64,000 nt of DNA from Candidatus Latescibacterota bacterium (GCA_965206595.1 OZ242214.1:992001-1056000); one strand, 5' to 3'; counted from the stretch's first letter, positions 42,648-52,588 are shown. Numbers and translations: made by a program. The notes: generated by a model not told the origin, from the sequence alone.

Positions 42648-44074
42648 TTCCCGCTCCCCGCTCCCCGCCGTTTCAGCAGATCGACGAAGGACCGCTGCAC
42701 CCCGCCGAAGCCCCCGTTGCTCATGAAGACCACCAGGTCCCCGGCGGATGCCTCGGAGGCGAGCAGTCCGAGAATCTCTTCCTTCGACGGCGCGAAGCAG
42801 GCCTGTCGGCCTCCGCGGCTCAGCTCCGCGGCAAGACGTTCCGGAGAGAAGGGAGCATCCCCGCGCGCGCGCTCCGGACGCGGCACTGCGGCGAGGGTGA
42901 CGCGGTCCGCCGCGGCGAAGGCATGCAGGTAGCGCTTCTCGAAGACATTCCTCGCGTTGGTGGCGCTCGCCGGCTCGAACACTGCCCACAGACGGGCGGG
43001 GGAGTAGGCTTCCCGCAGGCCGAGCAAGGTCTGCTCGACCGCGGTCGGGTGATGGGCGAAATCGTCGATGACGGTGATGCCTCCGAACTCACCGAGCAGT
43101 TCCTGGCGGCGCCGTATTCCGGTGAATGAGGACAGTCCCTCGGCGATCGCCGCGGCCGGCACTTCGAGGTGGGCGGCCGCGGCCGCGGCTCCGAGGGCGT
43201 TGCGGAGATTGTGCTCGCCGCTCAGACCGATCTCGAAGCGGCCGAAAACGCGCTCCCCTTCCAGTATCGAGAACTGCTGCCGGCCTCGACCCTGCACTAC
43301 CTCGACGGCGCGCCAGCGGCAGGCGTCGCCCATGCCGAAGGTCTGCACCGGCGCCGGTGCCAGCGGCAGCAGCCGCGCGACCACAGGGTCGTCCCCGTTG
43401 GCCAGGATCAACCCGTTGCCCGGCACGGTGTTGAGGAGGTAGCGGAAGGCCCGTTCGATCTCGTCGAGGCTCGCGTACAGGTCGGCGTGGTCGTACTCGA
43501 TGTTGTTGACGAGAAGCAGCTCGGGGCGGTAGAAGAAGAACTTTGGGAACTTGGCGAAGAAGGCGCTGTCGTACTCGTCCCCCTCGATGACGAAGCAGCT
43601 TCCCGAACCCAGCCGGTACGGGCGCGGGAAGTCGCGGGGAATCCCGGCGACCAGGAAGGAAGGATCGAGACCTGCGGAGGCGAGCAGATGGGCTGTCATC
43701 GCCGTGGTCGTGGTCTTGCCGTGCGTACCGGTGACGACGACGGAACGTTTGGAAACCAGGAAGGCGTCCCGCAACAGTTCGGGCAGGCTCGTGTACGGGA
43801 TGCGGCGGTCGAGGGTGGCTTCGACCTCGGGATTGCCGCGCGACACGGCGTTTCCCACCACCACGAGGTCGGGAGCCGGATCCAGTCTGGCCGCGTCGAA
43901 CCCCTCGTACACGCCGACGCGGGCCTGCTCGAGGAAATCGCTCATCGGCGGATAGGTATGGGCGTCCGAGCCGGTCACCCGGCAGCCGCGCTCGGCGAGC
44001 ATTGCCGCAAGCGATCCCATGGCGGTGCCGCAAACCGCGATCAGGTGAACGTGTGCGCCGGGACGGGGTTGCAT
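42632..44074 (-). CDS. mpl: Murein peptide ligase Mpl
   Basis: CGTAMGSLA, GNAVSRGNPE, GTHGKTTT, EGDEYDSAFF, DDFAHHPTA. Confidence 0.92.
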   Translation of the reverse strand: MQPRPGAHVHLIAVCGTAMGSLAAMLAERGCRVTGSDAHTYPPMSDFLEQARVGVYEGFDAARLDPAPDLVVVGNAVSRGNPEVEATLDRRIPYTSLPELLRDAFLVSKRSVVVTGTHGKTTTTAMTAHLLASAGLDPSFLVAGIPRDFPRPYRLGSGSCFVIEGDEYDSAFFAKFPKFFFYRPELLLVNNIEYDHADLYASLDEIERAFRYLLNTVPGNGLILANGDDPVVARLLPLAPAPVQTFGMGDACRWRAVEVVQGRGRQQFSILEGERVFGRFEIGLSGEHNLRNALGAAAAAAHLEVPAAAIAEGLSSFTGIRRRQELLGEFGGITVIDDFAHHPTAVEQTLLGLREAYSPARLWAVFEPASATNARNVFEKRYLHAFAAADRVTLAAVPRPERARGDAPFSPERLAAELSRGGRQACFAPSKEEILGLLASEASAGDLVVFMSNGGFGGVQRSFVDLLKRRGAGSGKCPQA

Positions 44075-44341
44075 CGATCGGATTCGAAGTGCCGGGGGGA
44101 TCCGGTGGTGAGGCGGAGAGAGCGGCCGGAACGGTCCCAGGGAGAGCGGACGGATTGCCCCTGGACCGACTGTAAGTTTGATTTAAACATGAATTAGCGC
44201 AAGTGCCGCTAACTCGTTGTCTCCCAACGACTTACAGATTATATCTGAACAAGAGAGCACGGGTATATATTTGAGCACTTCAATCGATTGGGGCCGTTAA
44301 CCGGCTTTTTGCGTCACCCGCTAAGGATGGCTGGAAAGTAT

Positions 44342-44379
44342 AAAAAAAGCCCCCCGGAGGCGACTTCCGGGGGGCTTTT
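44342..44379. terminator. Bidirectional intrinsic terminator
   Basis: A7 tract, GC-rich hairpin GCCCCCCGGAG...TTCCGGGGGGC, then TTTT. Confidence 0.8.
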
Positions 44380-44399
44380 CTGTGAGGAGGATGTGCGGG

Positions 44400-44702
44400 T
44401 TACTGTGGAAAGACGCGGCGGATACGCTCGATTGGCTGTTCGCTTCTCATTTTGTTCCATACTTCCAAGGCAGTGTACGCGAAGCTGTCCAGCAGGAGAC
44501 GCAGACCGGCTTCCGAGGGAACCCATTCGATTTCTCCTGTAACCTCGAAAACCGATATAACATCCGCGGAGTCAAATTCTCCGACTTCCCTGTCAAATTC
44601 GGTTACAGGCTCCTGCCGTTTCAAATAGCTCGCGCTGCCCCTGGCTACTCCCGTTTGCAAGTTTGTCACATCCTGCCCGCGATAAATTGCGAAAGTTTTC
44701 AT
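44400..44702 (-). CDS. Hypothetical protein (100 aa)
   Basis: ATG with AGGAAG upstream, followed by the terminator. Confidence 0.6.
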   Translation of the reverse strand: MKTFAIYRGQDVTNLQTGVARGSASYLKRQEPVTEFDREVGEFDSADVISVFEVTGEIEWVPSEAGLRLLLDSFAYTALEVWNKMRSEQPIERIRRVFPQ

Positions 44703-44857
44703 ATCTACTTCCTTTCCCTGTTGGGGTTAAATGATGTCCTAAATATATAAATTTGTGCAAGCTACGTCAAGGACATAACCGGCTGTTTTTTTGTGGGTTA
44801 CGCTAATGGAGTAGATGCTATTTTTTACATGATATTTTAATAGTATGTCAGCCTGAT

Positions 44858-45319
44858 TTATGCTGGCTCCAGCAATCCGGAATGGCATGAATCGCACAGA
44901 TAAATAACCCGAATTTCCCGCTTCACTTTCGGACCTTTTCGGCGCCACACCTTCCGTCGCCAGGGAGGGCCGGTGATCGGAAACAGGCACTCTTCGCATT
45001 GCGCCCGCTTGAGGCAGTAATGGCCTTGTCTCCATTTTTCTTGCAAAACCGATTCCCAAAGCGTCAGAGCCGGCGTCCCCTTCTTCAAACCCTTGGCCTT
45101 CGAGACTGCCTTTTTAGCGGCTTTTTGCGGCCTTTTTTTAGCCGGCCTGGGGACTTTTCTCCTGGGGACTGGTATCGGCCTGGGGACTGGTATCGGCTCT
45201 GGTGCGGCCTGCTGGCAGGGTGCGGACTCTGGCTTTGGCGGCAAGGTCAACGGAAGATTGCTGGTCAGAAGCCATTCCGCGATTGGGATTTTCTTGACTT
45301 TTCCGGGCATGTTTTTCAT
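44858..45319 (-). CDS. Basic Pro/Lys-rich protein with CxxC...CxxC
   Basis: PIPVPR x2, KKAVSKAK, CEEC and CDSC. Confidence 0.5.
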   Translation of the reverse strand: MKNMPGKVKKIPIAEWLLTSNLPLTLPPKPESAPCQQAAPEPIPVPRPIPVPRRKVPRPAKKRPQKAAKKAVSKAKGLKKGTPALTLWESVLQEKWRQGHYCLKRAQCEECLFPITGPPWRRKVWRRKGPKVKREIRVIYLCDSCHSGLLEPA

Positions 45320-46176
45320 TGGTCATTTTTCCGTTCTTGCAAAAAAATCCCCGCCGGCGACCTGCCACGGGTGCCAACGAGGATTTAGGAGAAAGAAACA
45401 AACAGGCTCTCGGCCGTTTGTCTTTCGCCCTGCCATTATCGGAGTTCGCAGTTTTCGCAGAAAAAAAGCCCGATGGAAGAAGCTGGATTCTTCTTCCATC
45501 GGGCTGGCACGTCCTATGCGTCCATGGATGCTCGACCTTGAAAGGTGTCTTGGCGATCCATCCTGCCTCTGTTTCAAACATAAGCATTGCCTATGGATTG
45601 TGTCAAGAACATAAAATTTTCTTATGGACCGCCTTTTCCAGAAAATCCTCCGATAGTTGTTTGTGCAACCGGTGAGGAACTTCGCCTCGACCGCTTGCAC
45701 AACAGATTCAAGGCGAGCAGCAGGTCAGCGCTTTTATGTGTCCACAGTCTCACTTGGAGGCGCTGACAGCCAAAATCCCCGCTACAAGTGGAACCTGCCT
45801 TAACGGGGCCTATGCGTTGGAGGTTGGAGGACAACCTCTGAGGAGAATAGGAAGGGCAGGCAAGCAGATCGAAGCTTGAAGGTCTCCTCCATGCGCCAGC
45901 AGCGATCATTGCTGGCGTTGCGTCTCGGAGCCTCTAACAACTCATTGGCATGAAGAGGTAACTGAGTTACCGCAGAACTCCTTACGGACAGCGAGATTTT
46001 TTATTGTCTCGTGGCGTCCCCGTAGGGCGTTCTGCATCTGAAACATAACAATCTATTGGCATTTGTTGTTTATCAGGAAGAGATAAGAACCAATATAACT
46101 AGAAGTACCCCGCACGGCATGCTATTTTTTATCGTGCACATCATCGATTTAATCGATGATAGGGAGAAATCGAAGA

Positions 46177-46655
46177 TGAAAAAACAGGATTTAGAAATCG
46201 AAATCAGCGGAACAGTAGCGGGAAGGAAATTTACCGGACCAAAGATTTTCGAACGGTTGGCGGAGCGACTTAGACCGGGCGGCAGAGAAGAGGCACAGAA
46301 AGCTTTAACGGAAATTGCCCAAGACTTCACCCGGACAGAAGCGGAGCTATTCAGCAATCAAGGCAGGGTAGGTTCCCGCTCAGGTTGGAAGGGATTGAAA
46401 GCGAGCACAAAGAGACGCAAGGGCAATTCAATGATCCTGATCGACAAAGGACGTTTAAAGCGCAGCTTGACAGACGTAAACAGTCCAGACCATTACAGTC
46501 TTGTCACAATCTCCCGTCGTGGACTGGGATTGCACATTGGGACGAATGTCCCCTATTCGAGATTCGTGAACGCCAAACGAAAACTTATCGAGCCGACGAG
46601 GGAGAACGTCAAACGTTGGTCTCAGATGTTGGCTCGCATCTTCACCAAGAATTGA
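46177..46655 (+). CDS. Phage virion morphogenesis/tail-completion family protein (Mu gpG / P2 gpS-like); start approximate
   Basis: WKGLKASTKRRK..ILIDKGRLKRSL..IGTNVPYS. Confidence 0.7.
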
Positions 46656-46743
46656 GCCATCATCGATTAAATCGATGATGGGGACCCCTGCGCCAAAGTG
46701 ATTTTCATACCTATGGGAACGTGGATGGCCTTTCCCTTTCACC

Positions 46744-48348
46744 ATGAGTAAGACACCAGTTGCCGCCAATCGGCTCTACCAACACAAACACAAAACCGTC
46801 AAGCGTTTCGAGGCTATGGGCTCCCGTAGAGAGCCTTTGCAGCCTCTAACCTTCCGGGAGTTCGTCCAGACACTCCGCGTCCCTTCGTCACACCCCAGGC
46901 TGGCCGGAAAACCGCTACAATTTCAACGCTGGCAATGGGCCTTCCTTAATGACTTATACCGGACGGGGTTGCAAGAGGTTGGGTTAAGTGTGGCGCGAAA
47001 AAACGGAAAAAGCTCAATGCTGGCTGCCGCTCTATTGTGGCAACTACTTCACGGGCGCGAGAGTTGGCGTTGCCTGCTGACTTCAGACACTGGCGACCAC
47101 AGTGCAGAAGTTCGGCGCCATATGAAAGAGCTTGCGGAGGCAAGCGGCTATCTCGATGACGGGCCGGCAAGTGAACAGTTGCTTTCATTTCGCAGCGGTC
47201 CCCAGGCAGGCAAAGCTATTTCCAACCTGAATCAAGCGGAGGTTCATTTTCTCACTTCCGGCCCTACAGCCGGGCAAGCGGGCGGCGGCGATTGGGTCGT
47301 TGTAGATGAAGCGGGCCTACTTGGCGAGAATCAGCGGGAGTTGTGGAACAGCCTGTATCAAGCTGTCTCGGCCCGCTCGGGGCGCTTCATTGCCGTAGGT
47401 GTCCAAGGTCGCGGGCCGATGTTTGCAGAGCTTAAAAATCGCTCTACGGACTCGAAGAAGGTGGCCTTTCACTACTACGGAACAGACGGCGCAAACCTCG
47501 ATGACCGGGAAGCTTGGAAGGCTGCGAATCCCGGTTTGGGGAAAATCAAGAGCCTCGCCTACATGGAGGCTGCGAGCGAGAAAGCAAAAGCCTCTCAACT
47601 CGATGAAACAGACTTCCGTTTGTATGACTTAAACGAGCCTGTCGAAAAATCAGCGGAGCTAATTTGCAGCCTCTCAGACTGGCGAGTTTGTATTACGGAC
47701 TCCCTTCCCCCTCGGACAGGACGTTGCTTTTTCGGGTTCGACCTTGGCGGCAGCCGCTCGATGACGGCAGCCGCTGCCGTTTGGGAAAATGGACGGTGTG
47801 AGTTGTTCGCAGCCTTTCCAGACGAGCCCGACCTACTCGCAAGGGGGGATGCGGATAACGTCGGGAGGCTCTACGCGGCCGCACAGACAGCCGGGGAGTT
47901 GACGACCTATCCAGGGAAGCATTGTGACGCGGGCGCTTTCCTGCTGGACTGCATGGACGCTCTGCAAGGAGAGAGGATCGTTTGTGCGGGAGCGGATCGC
48001 TACCGACAAGCCGAAATTGAGAAGGTGTTGGAGGATTCGAAAATCCGGCTCCCCATAGTGTTTCGAGGGACCGGAGCGGGAGTAAAATCGGACGGCTCTT
48101 TCGATGTGCGAGCTTTCGATAAATGGGTGACGACTTCCAAGTTGAAACTCAAGGCGCACTTACTCGCAGCGCAGGCGATAACAGACTCCCGGATACGCTA
48201 CGATCAGGCCGGCAACCCTGCCCTGGACAAGAGCGGGAAAAATTCTCGAATTGACATTCTATCCGCCTTGTTAATGGCCGTTGGCCTATGCGAGAAACAC
48301 GGCGCCAAGGCCAGACAGCGCCGACCCCTGCGAGCGGAGGCAGTTTGA
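46744..48348 (+). CDS. terL: Terminase large subunit (HK97/cos-type)
   Basis: VARKNGKS Walker A, VVVDEAG Walker B, WKAANPGLG, GFDLG, RIDILSA. Confidence 0.9.
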   Translation: MSKTPVAANRLYQHKHKTVKRFEAMGSRREPLQPLTFREFVQTLRVPSSHPRLAGKPLQFQRWQWAFLNDLYRTGLQEVGLSVARKNGKSSMLAAALLWQLLHGRESWRCLLTSDTGDHSAEVRRHMKELAEASGYLDDGPASEQLLSFRSGPQAGKAISNLNQAEVHFLTSGPTAGQAGGGDWVVVDEAGLLGENQRELWNSLYQAVSARSGRFIAVGVQGRGPMFAELKNRSTDSKKVAFHYYGTDGANLDDREAWKAANPGLGKIKSLAYMEAASEKAKASQLDETDFRLYDLNEPVEKSAELICSLSDWRVCITDSLPPRTGRCFFGFDLGGSRSMTAAAAVWENGRCELFAAFPDEPDLLARGDADNVGRLYAAAQTAGELTTYPGKHCDAGAFLLDCMDALQGERIVCAGADRYRQAEIEKVLEDSKIRLPIVFRGTGAGVKSDGSFDVRAFDKWVTTSKLKLKAHLLAAQAITDSRIRYDQAGNPALDKSGKNSRIDILSALLMAVGLCEKHGAKARQRRPLRAEAV

Positions 48349-48746
48349 TTGCACCGGTGAAAAATTCAGTCTACAAAACCGCAAGGTGGCAACGGCTGCG
48401 GAAAGAGGTATTGAAGCGGGATGGCTACCGGTGCACGATTTGTTATCGAGCCGGGCGTCTGCACGTCCATCATCGGATTCCGGTTCCTTACAGGCTGACT
48501 CCTCCGATAATTGCAAAGGTGGTTTTCAACTTGGAAAATCTCCTGAGCGTTTGCGGAACTTGCCACAACGAATTACACGCTCGCATGAAGTCGGAGCCTC
48601 CCCCAGGTTGCAAACCATTTGCTCAATACGTCCAAAACCTAATGAAGGAAATTGAAAATGACAGCATTGCAGAAACTCCAAGTCAGTCAATCCGAACTAA
48701 GAGAAAAAGCGTCAACCCTGCTCGCCAAAGAGAATTTGTCTTCTGA
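48345..48746 (+). CDS. HNH endonuclease (HK97 gp74-like terminase partner)
   Basis: RWQRLRKEVLKRDGYRC..C..VHHRIP..NLLSVCGTCHN. Confidence 0.88.
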   Translation: MIAPVKNSVYKTARWQRLRKEVLKRDGYRCTICYRAGRLHVHHRIPVPYRLTPPIIAKVVFNLENLLSVCGTCHNELHARMKSEPPPGCKPFAQYVQNLMKEIENDSIAETPSQSIRTKRKSVNPARQREFVF

Positions 48747-49887
48747 CGAGAGAATCGAGCTTGACGGACACACCCGGCGACTTACCGAGCTTGAAACGGA
48801 ACTTCGGGCGGCGATTTTGCTTGACGAGACGGAAACGGCAACCGAAGGCGACAATAAGGCAAAGGAAAAGCAGGAGCTTGCCGGCAAATTAAAGCTTGGT
48901 CGTTACCTTGGCGCAGCCGCGACAGAAGAAAGGATTGCAGACGGTCCCGAAGCGGAATTTGCGCAAGAGGAAAAGCTTGAAAGTTTCCAAGTTCCTTTTG
49001 AGGCAATAGCTCCGCGTGAAACGGAGAAAAGGGTAGATGCCACTACCTCGGCGCCTTCGGACGTAGGACAGGACCAGGACCCTATCTTGAGGCGAGTTTT
49101 CGCGAGGGGCGCGGCATTGTGGTCTGGCGTTGTCTTTCCGTCTGTGGGCGTTGGCGAGAAACAATTTCCCGTTCTCAGTGCTGGAAATACTCCCGCCCTT
49201 ATTGCTAAGGATAGCTCGCACGATGCAACGGCGGCATCTTGGGAAGTCAAGGTTTTATCTCCCAAAAGAATGACGGCGCGATACACGCTCGCAATCGAAG
49301 ACGCAGCCGTTTTCGCAGGTATGGAAGCTGCTCTGAGAGAAGACTTGAGCGGCGCCATTGCTCAGGAAATTGACAAAGAGATTTTGGCGGGAGATGGAAC
49401 CGGACAACATGTAAGCGGATTTTTCGACCTAAGTTCCGGCCCCTTAACTGCGCCATCTGATCCAACAGCGGAAAGCGGAAGGCCTGACTACATCGAGGCC
49501 ATCGCCGGCAGTGTGGACGGCAAATACGCACTGGAAAATGGCGACGTGAAGCTTTTGATCGGTTCGGGAACAAACAAGCATATGGCGGCGAAGTTTGGCA
49601 GTGGCAACGCCAGCGATATGACCGCTCTGACACACGTCAAAGCGATTTCGGGGGGTTGTCGTGTCTCTGCTCACGTCCCGGCAGTAGCGACCAAGTTCCA
49701 GCTTGCCCTTGCCTGTCGGAAAATGGGTAGCGCCGTCGCTCCGGTTTGGAAAGCTGTCTCGTTGATACGCGATCCCTACAGCAATGCAGGTTCCGGTTTG
49801 GTCGCGCTGACGATGCACGTTCTGTGGGCATTCGACGTGCCACGACATAACGGTTGGAAGCTGCTTAAATTTCAGGTTCAATCGTAG
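48658..49887 (+). CDS. Major capsid protein, HK97 fold, with N-terminal coiled-coil scaffold
   Basis: Helical N-terminus; LSPKRMTA, LREDLSGAIAQEIDKEILAGDG, LIRDPYS. Confidence 0.82.
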   Translation: MTALQKLQVSQSELREKASTLLAKENLSSDERIELDGHTRRLTELETELRAAILLDETETATEGDNKAKEKQELAGKLKLGRYLGAAATEERIADGPEAEFAQEEKLESFQVPFEAIAPRETEKRVDATTSAPSDVGQDQDPILRRVFARGAALWSGVVFPSVGVGEKQFPVLSAGNTPALIAKDSSHDATAASWEVKVLSPKRMTARYTLAIEDAAVFAGMEAALREDLSGAIAQEIDKEILAGDGTGQHVSGFFDLSSGPLTAPSDPTAESGRPDYIEAIAGSVDGKYALENGDVKLLIGSGTNKHMAAKFGSGNASDMTALTHVKAISGGCRVSAHVPAVATKFQLALACRKMGSAVAPVWKAVSLIRDPYSNAGSGLVALTMHVLWAFDVPRHNGWKLLKFQVQS

Positions 49888-49890
49888 GCA

Positions 49891-50808
49891 GTGGAAACAC
49901 GGTTTACAGAGGTTCGCGCGGACGGGCGCCATTTATTCGGGACTGTCGTTAAGTATGGCGATACCGCCGTAGTCGGGGGGCAACCTGAACGGTTCGCCCC
50001 CGGCTCCCTTCTCTGCAATGACGTAATATTGAACCGCCAGCACGAGCGGGGCGTCCCATTAGCTCGCACTGGCGCTGGATTGCTTTTGCGAGATTCCCCG
50101 GAAAGCTTGCGAATGGAGGCGCTGTTGCCTCCGACAACTGAGGCAAGCGACACCCTAACCCTCGTTTCTTCGGGCGTCCTGCGCGGCCTTAGCGTCGAAT
50201 TTGAGGCCATATCGGAACATGATGAGGGAGGCACAAGGGTTATTGATATGGCGAACCTTTCTGGGCTGGCTGTATGCGATAGGCCAGCTTTCAAGGAATC
50301 GACAATAGAGGCACGGGCAAAGGGCAGGGCAATCTCGGGCAAAATCCCTTACAACCAGACGGAAACGATTGCCAACTCGGGAAGGGTGCGTAAATCCCGC
50401 ATTGCACCGGGCGCCTTTTCATATTCGATTGACGATGAGGAACAAGAGATTATCGCGCAGATTGGCACGGCGCCGTCTCAGATACTCGCTTCTAAAAAGG
50501 CGGGAAGTCTCAGACTCGCCGATTCCCCTACCTCGCTCGCCATCAACATCGATGATGTGATCGGAACCAGCTATGCGGATGACTTTCTGAAGCAAATGGC
50601 TTCAGGGCAATTTGCTTTAGGTGTTCGGCCTATGTATCGGACAGACGGCGTTGCGGATGCCTTCGAAGACATACCGGAACCCGGCAACCCAAGCGTTATG
50701 ATTCGAACCGTCCATAATGCGGTTTTGTATGCCGTCTCGTTCGTGCACCGAAAGCGTAAAGGCGATTCAAGCGCCGTAGAGCGACGGAGGAGGGCGCTAT
50801 GGCTGTAG
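49891..50808 (+). CDS. HK97-type prohead protease with tandem second domain
   Basis: ERFAPGS, NRQHE, PLART, LRGLSVEF, DRPAF; second repeat RIAPGAF..ILAS..GSLRL. Confidence 0.82.
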   Translation: METRFTEVRADGRHLFGTVVKYGDTAVVGGQPERFAPGSLLCNDVILNRQHERGVPLARTGAGLLLRDSPESLRMEALLPPTTEASDTLTLVSSGVLRGLSVEFEAISEHDEGGTRVIDMANLSGLAVCDRPAFKESTIEARAKGRAISGKIPYNQTETIANSGRVRKSRIAPGAFSYSIDDEEQEIIAQIGTAPSQILASKKAGSLRLADSPTSLAINIDDVIGTSYADDFLKQMASGQFALGVRPMYRTDGVADAFEDIPEPGNPSVMIRTVHNAVLYAVSFVHRKRKGDSSAVERRRRALWL

Positions 50809-51107
50809 ACGTGCAGAAGGTCGCCCTTGCCCTTCACATCATCACAGACACCACAGACACGCTTGAGGCAGCCATAAGCGAGCGATTGACGGACCTTTGC
50901 GAGGTAGCGGGTGCGGAAATACAGCGATACGCTCCCGGCGCACCCGAACCCATAAAGCGGGAGGCAGCGGTTAGGTATTGCAGCTATTTGTTCGACGTAG
51001 ACGGCAGCCAACACCCCAACTATTCAACCGCTTTTACCAACTCGGGAGCGAAGGGTTTGCTTTCAACCTGGCGCAAACATACCGCAAGCGTAATCGAAAA
51101 TGCCTGA
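50799..51107 (+). CDS. Head-tail connector (gp6-like)
   Basis: 102 aa helical; IQRYAPGAPEPIKREAAVRYCSYLFD..GAKGLLSTWR. Confidence 0.65.
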   Translation: MAVDVQKVALALHIITDTTDTLEAAISERLTDLCEVAGAEIQRYAPGAPEPIKREAAVRYCSYLFDVDGSQHPNYSTAFTNSGAKGLLSTWRKHTASVIENA

Positions 51108-51465
51108 TCTTGAAAAAGCTCGAAGGCACCGTCGAAAAACCTCCCTCAATGAAATTGTCGAACATGCGCCAACCGTAGAGGGTGAATACATCCCCCAGGG
51201 GTGGAAAAAAGTTTGGGCAAGGAAAGAACCGGAAAACCTCGAAGAGATAACCAGTTCTCGCTCTACCTTAAGCATTGAATCGGAAGAGGGTTTTGCGGTC
51301 TTCGTGGTTCGGTTCAATCCAAGATGGAAATTGAACGATTGGCTAAGGGAAAAGCTTACAGCCTACCGAATAAAGGAAATTGAGAACATAGACCGGAACC
51401 GCTGGCAGGTTTTGACGTGCAAGGAATCAGAAATACCATTGCCCCCCAAAATGAAGACCACTTGA
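51100..51465 (+). CDS. Head closure/head-tail adaptor (gp16-like)
   Basis: VWAR..FVVRF..YRIKEIENIDRNRWQVLTC; position after the connector. Confidence 0.6.
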   Translation: MPDLEKARRHRRKTSLNEIVEHAPTVEGEYIPQGWKKVWARKEPENLEEITSSRSTLSIESEEGFAVFVVRFNPRWKLNDWLREKLTAYRIKEIENIDRNRWQVLTCKESEIPLPPKMKTT

Positions 51466-51468
51466 AAA

Positions 51469-52548
51469 ATGTGGCCTTTCACCGGTAAAAAAACAGAGAA
51501 GCGGTCTACCGAGGTAGACGGCTATACCAATATCCTACTCAACAACATCGAATCTCAGGCAGACAGCGACGACGCTGGCCTTGTGCGTGGTGTGGCTGCA
51601 CTCGAGACGGCGGTGGGATTATGGCGACGTGCCTTCGCAAGTGCCAGCGTGGAGCCTGCTACACCCCTTACAAGGGCACTGACCCCGGAGTTTCTCGGAT
51701 GGCTCGCTCAGGAGTTGGTTCTACGTGGCGAAGGGTTGGCAGTGATCCAAGTCGAGCGGGGCCGGCTGGACCTTCTCCCGGTAGGTTCCTTCGCGGTAAC
51801 GGGGAGTGCTAGCCGGCGGAGCTGGCGCTATCGGTGCACGGTATACGGACCCTCTTCGACCTTCACCTATCAGCGGGCGCCAGCGGGGCAAGTCATTCAC
51901 TGCCGATGGAGCTATCAAGCAGAATTGCCCGAGTTTGGCGCTTCCCCGTGGAGAAGGGCGCACATTTCTTCAACCCTACTTGGCAACCTTGAGAAGCGTT
52001 TGAGCGAAGAGACGGGCGGAATTGTGGGGAATTTACTGCCGCTGCCGAGCGATCCAGCGGTGGCAGCGGTAGACGGGGAAGAGGTTGACGCATACGAGGG
52101 TTTGCGAAAGACCCTGAAGACGCTCAAAGGCAAGACTGCCCTTGTCGAGACGACAAGCGGCGGCTACGGGGAAGGAATGAACACGGCCCCTCGTAAGGAT
52201 TATCAGCCGGTTCGACTTGGCGCGAACCCTCCCCAGTCATTGCGGGAGTTGAGGGAGGATGTTGCACACTCATTGCTGCAATGTTGCGGGGTGCCCTTGG
52301 GGTTGGTCAGTGAAAGAGGCGACGGGGCAAGTAGAAGAGAATGTTGGCGCCAGTTTCTGCACTCTTCCATAGCGCCACAAGCGAAAATCGTCGAACACGA
52401 ATTGAGCGAGAAATTGGAGACGAAAATCTCGTTGAACTTCGACAAGTTGTTTGCCAGCGACATTATGGGCAAGGCGAGGGCAGCCGCGTCACTGGCAAAG
52501 GCCGGCATCGAGATTGACGAGGCGCTGCGAATGGCGGGATTGGAGTAG
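51469..52548 (+). CDS. Portal protein
   Basis: MWPF..EKRS, ELVLRGEGLAVI, VIHCR, GASP, CGVPLGL, ELSEKL. Confidence 0.8.
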   Translation: MWPFTGKKTEKRSTEVDGYTNILLNNIESQADSDDAGLVRGVAALETAVGLWRRAFASASVEPATPLTRALTPEFLGWLAQELVLRGEGLAVIQVERGRLDLLPVGSFAVTGSASRRSWRYRCTVYGPSSTFTYQRAPAGQVIHCRWSYQAELPEFGASPWRRAHISSTLLGNLEKRLSEETGGIVGNLLPLPSDPAVAAVDGEEVDAYEGLRKTLKTLKGKTALVETTSGGYGEGMNTAPRKDYQPVRLGANPPQSLRELREDVAHSLLQCCGVPLGLVSERGDGASRRECWRQFLHSSIAPQAKIVEHELSEKLETKISLNFDKLFASDIMGKARAAASLAKAGIEIDEALRMAGLE

Positions 52549-52588
52549 CCAGGAGGCGAAGGTCGAGGGTCCTTCGTCCTGCGGGCGG

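Noticed and set aside
44181-44206. Canonical dif site
   Set aside because: Some resemblance, but the spacing does not fit 11-6-11.
44090-44340. tRNA/tmRNA at the integration site
   Set aside because: No cloverleaf, T-loop or CCA end recognisable.
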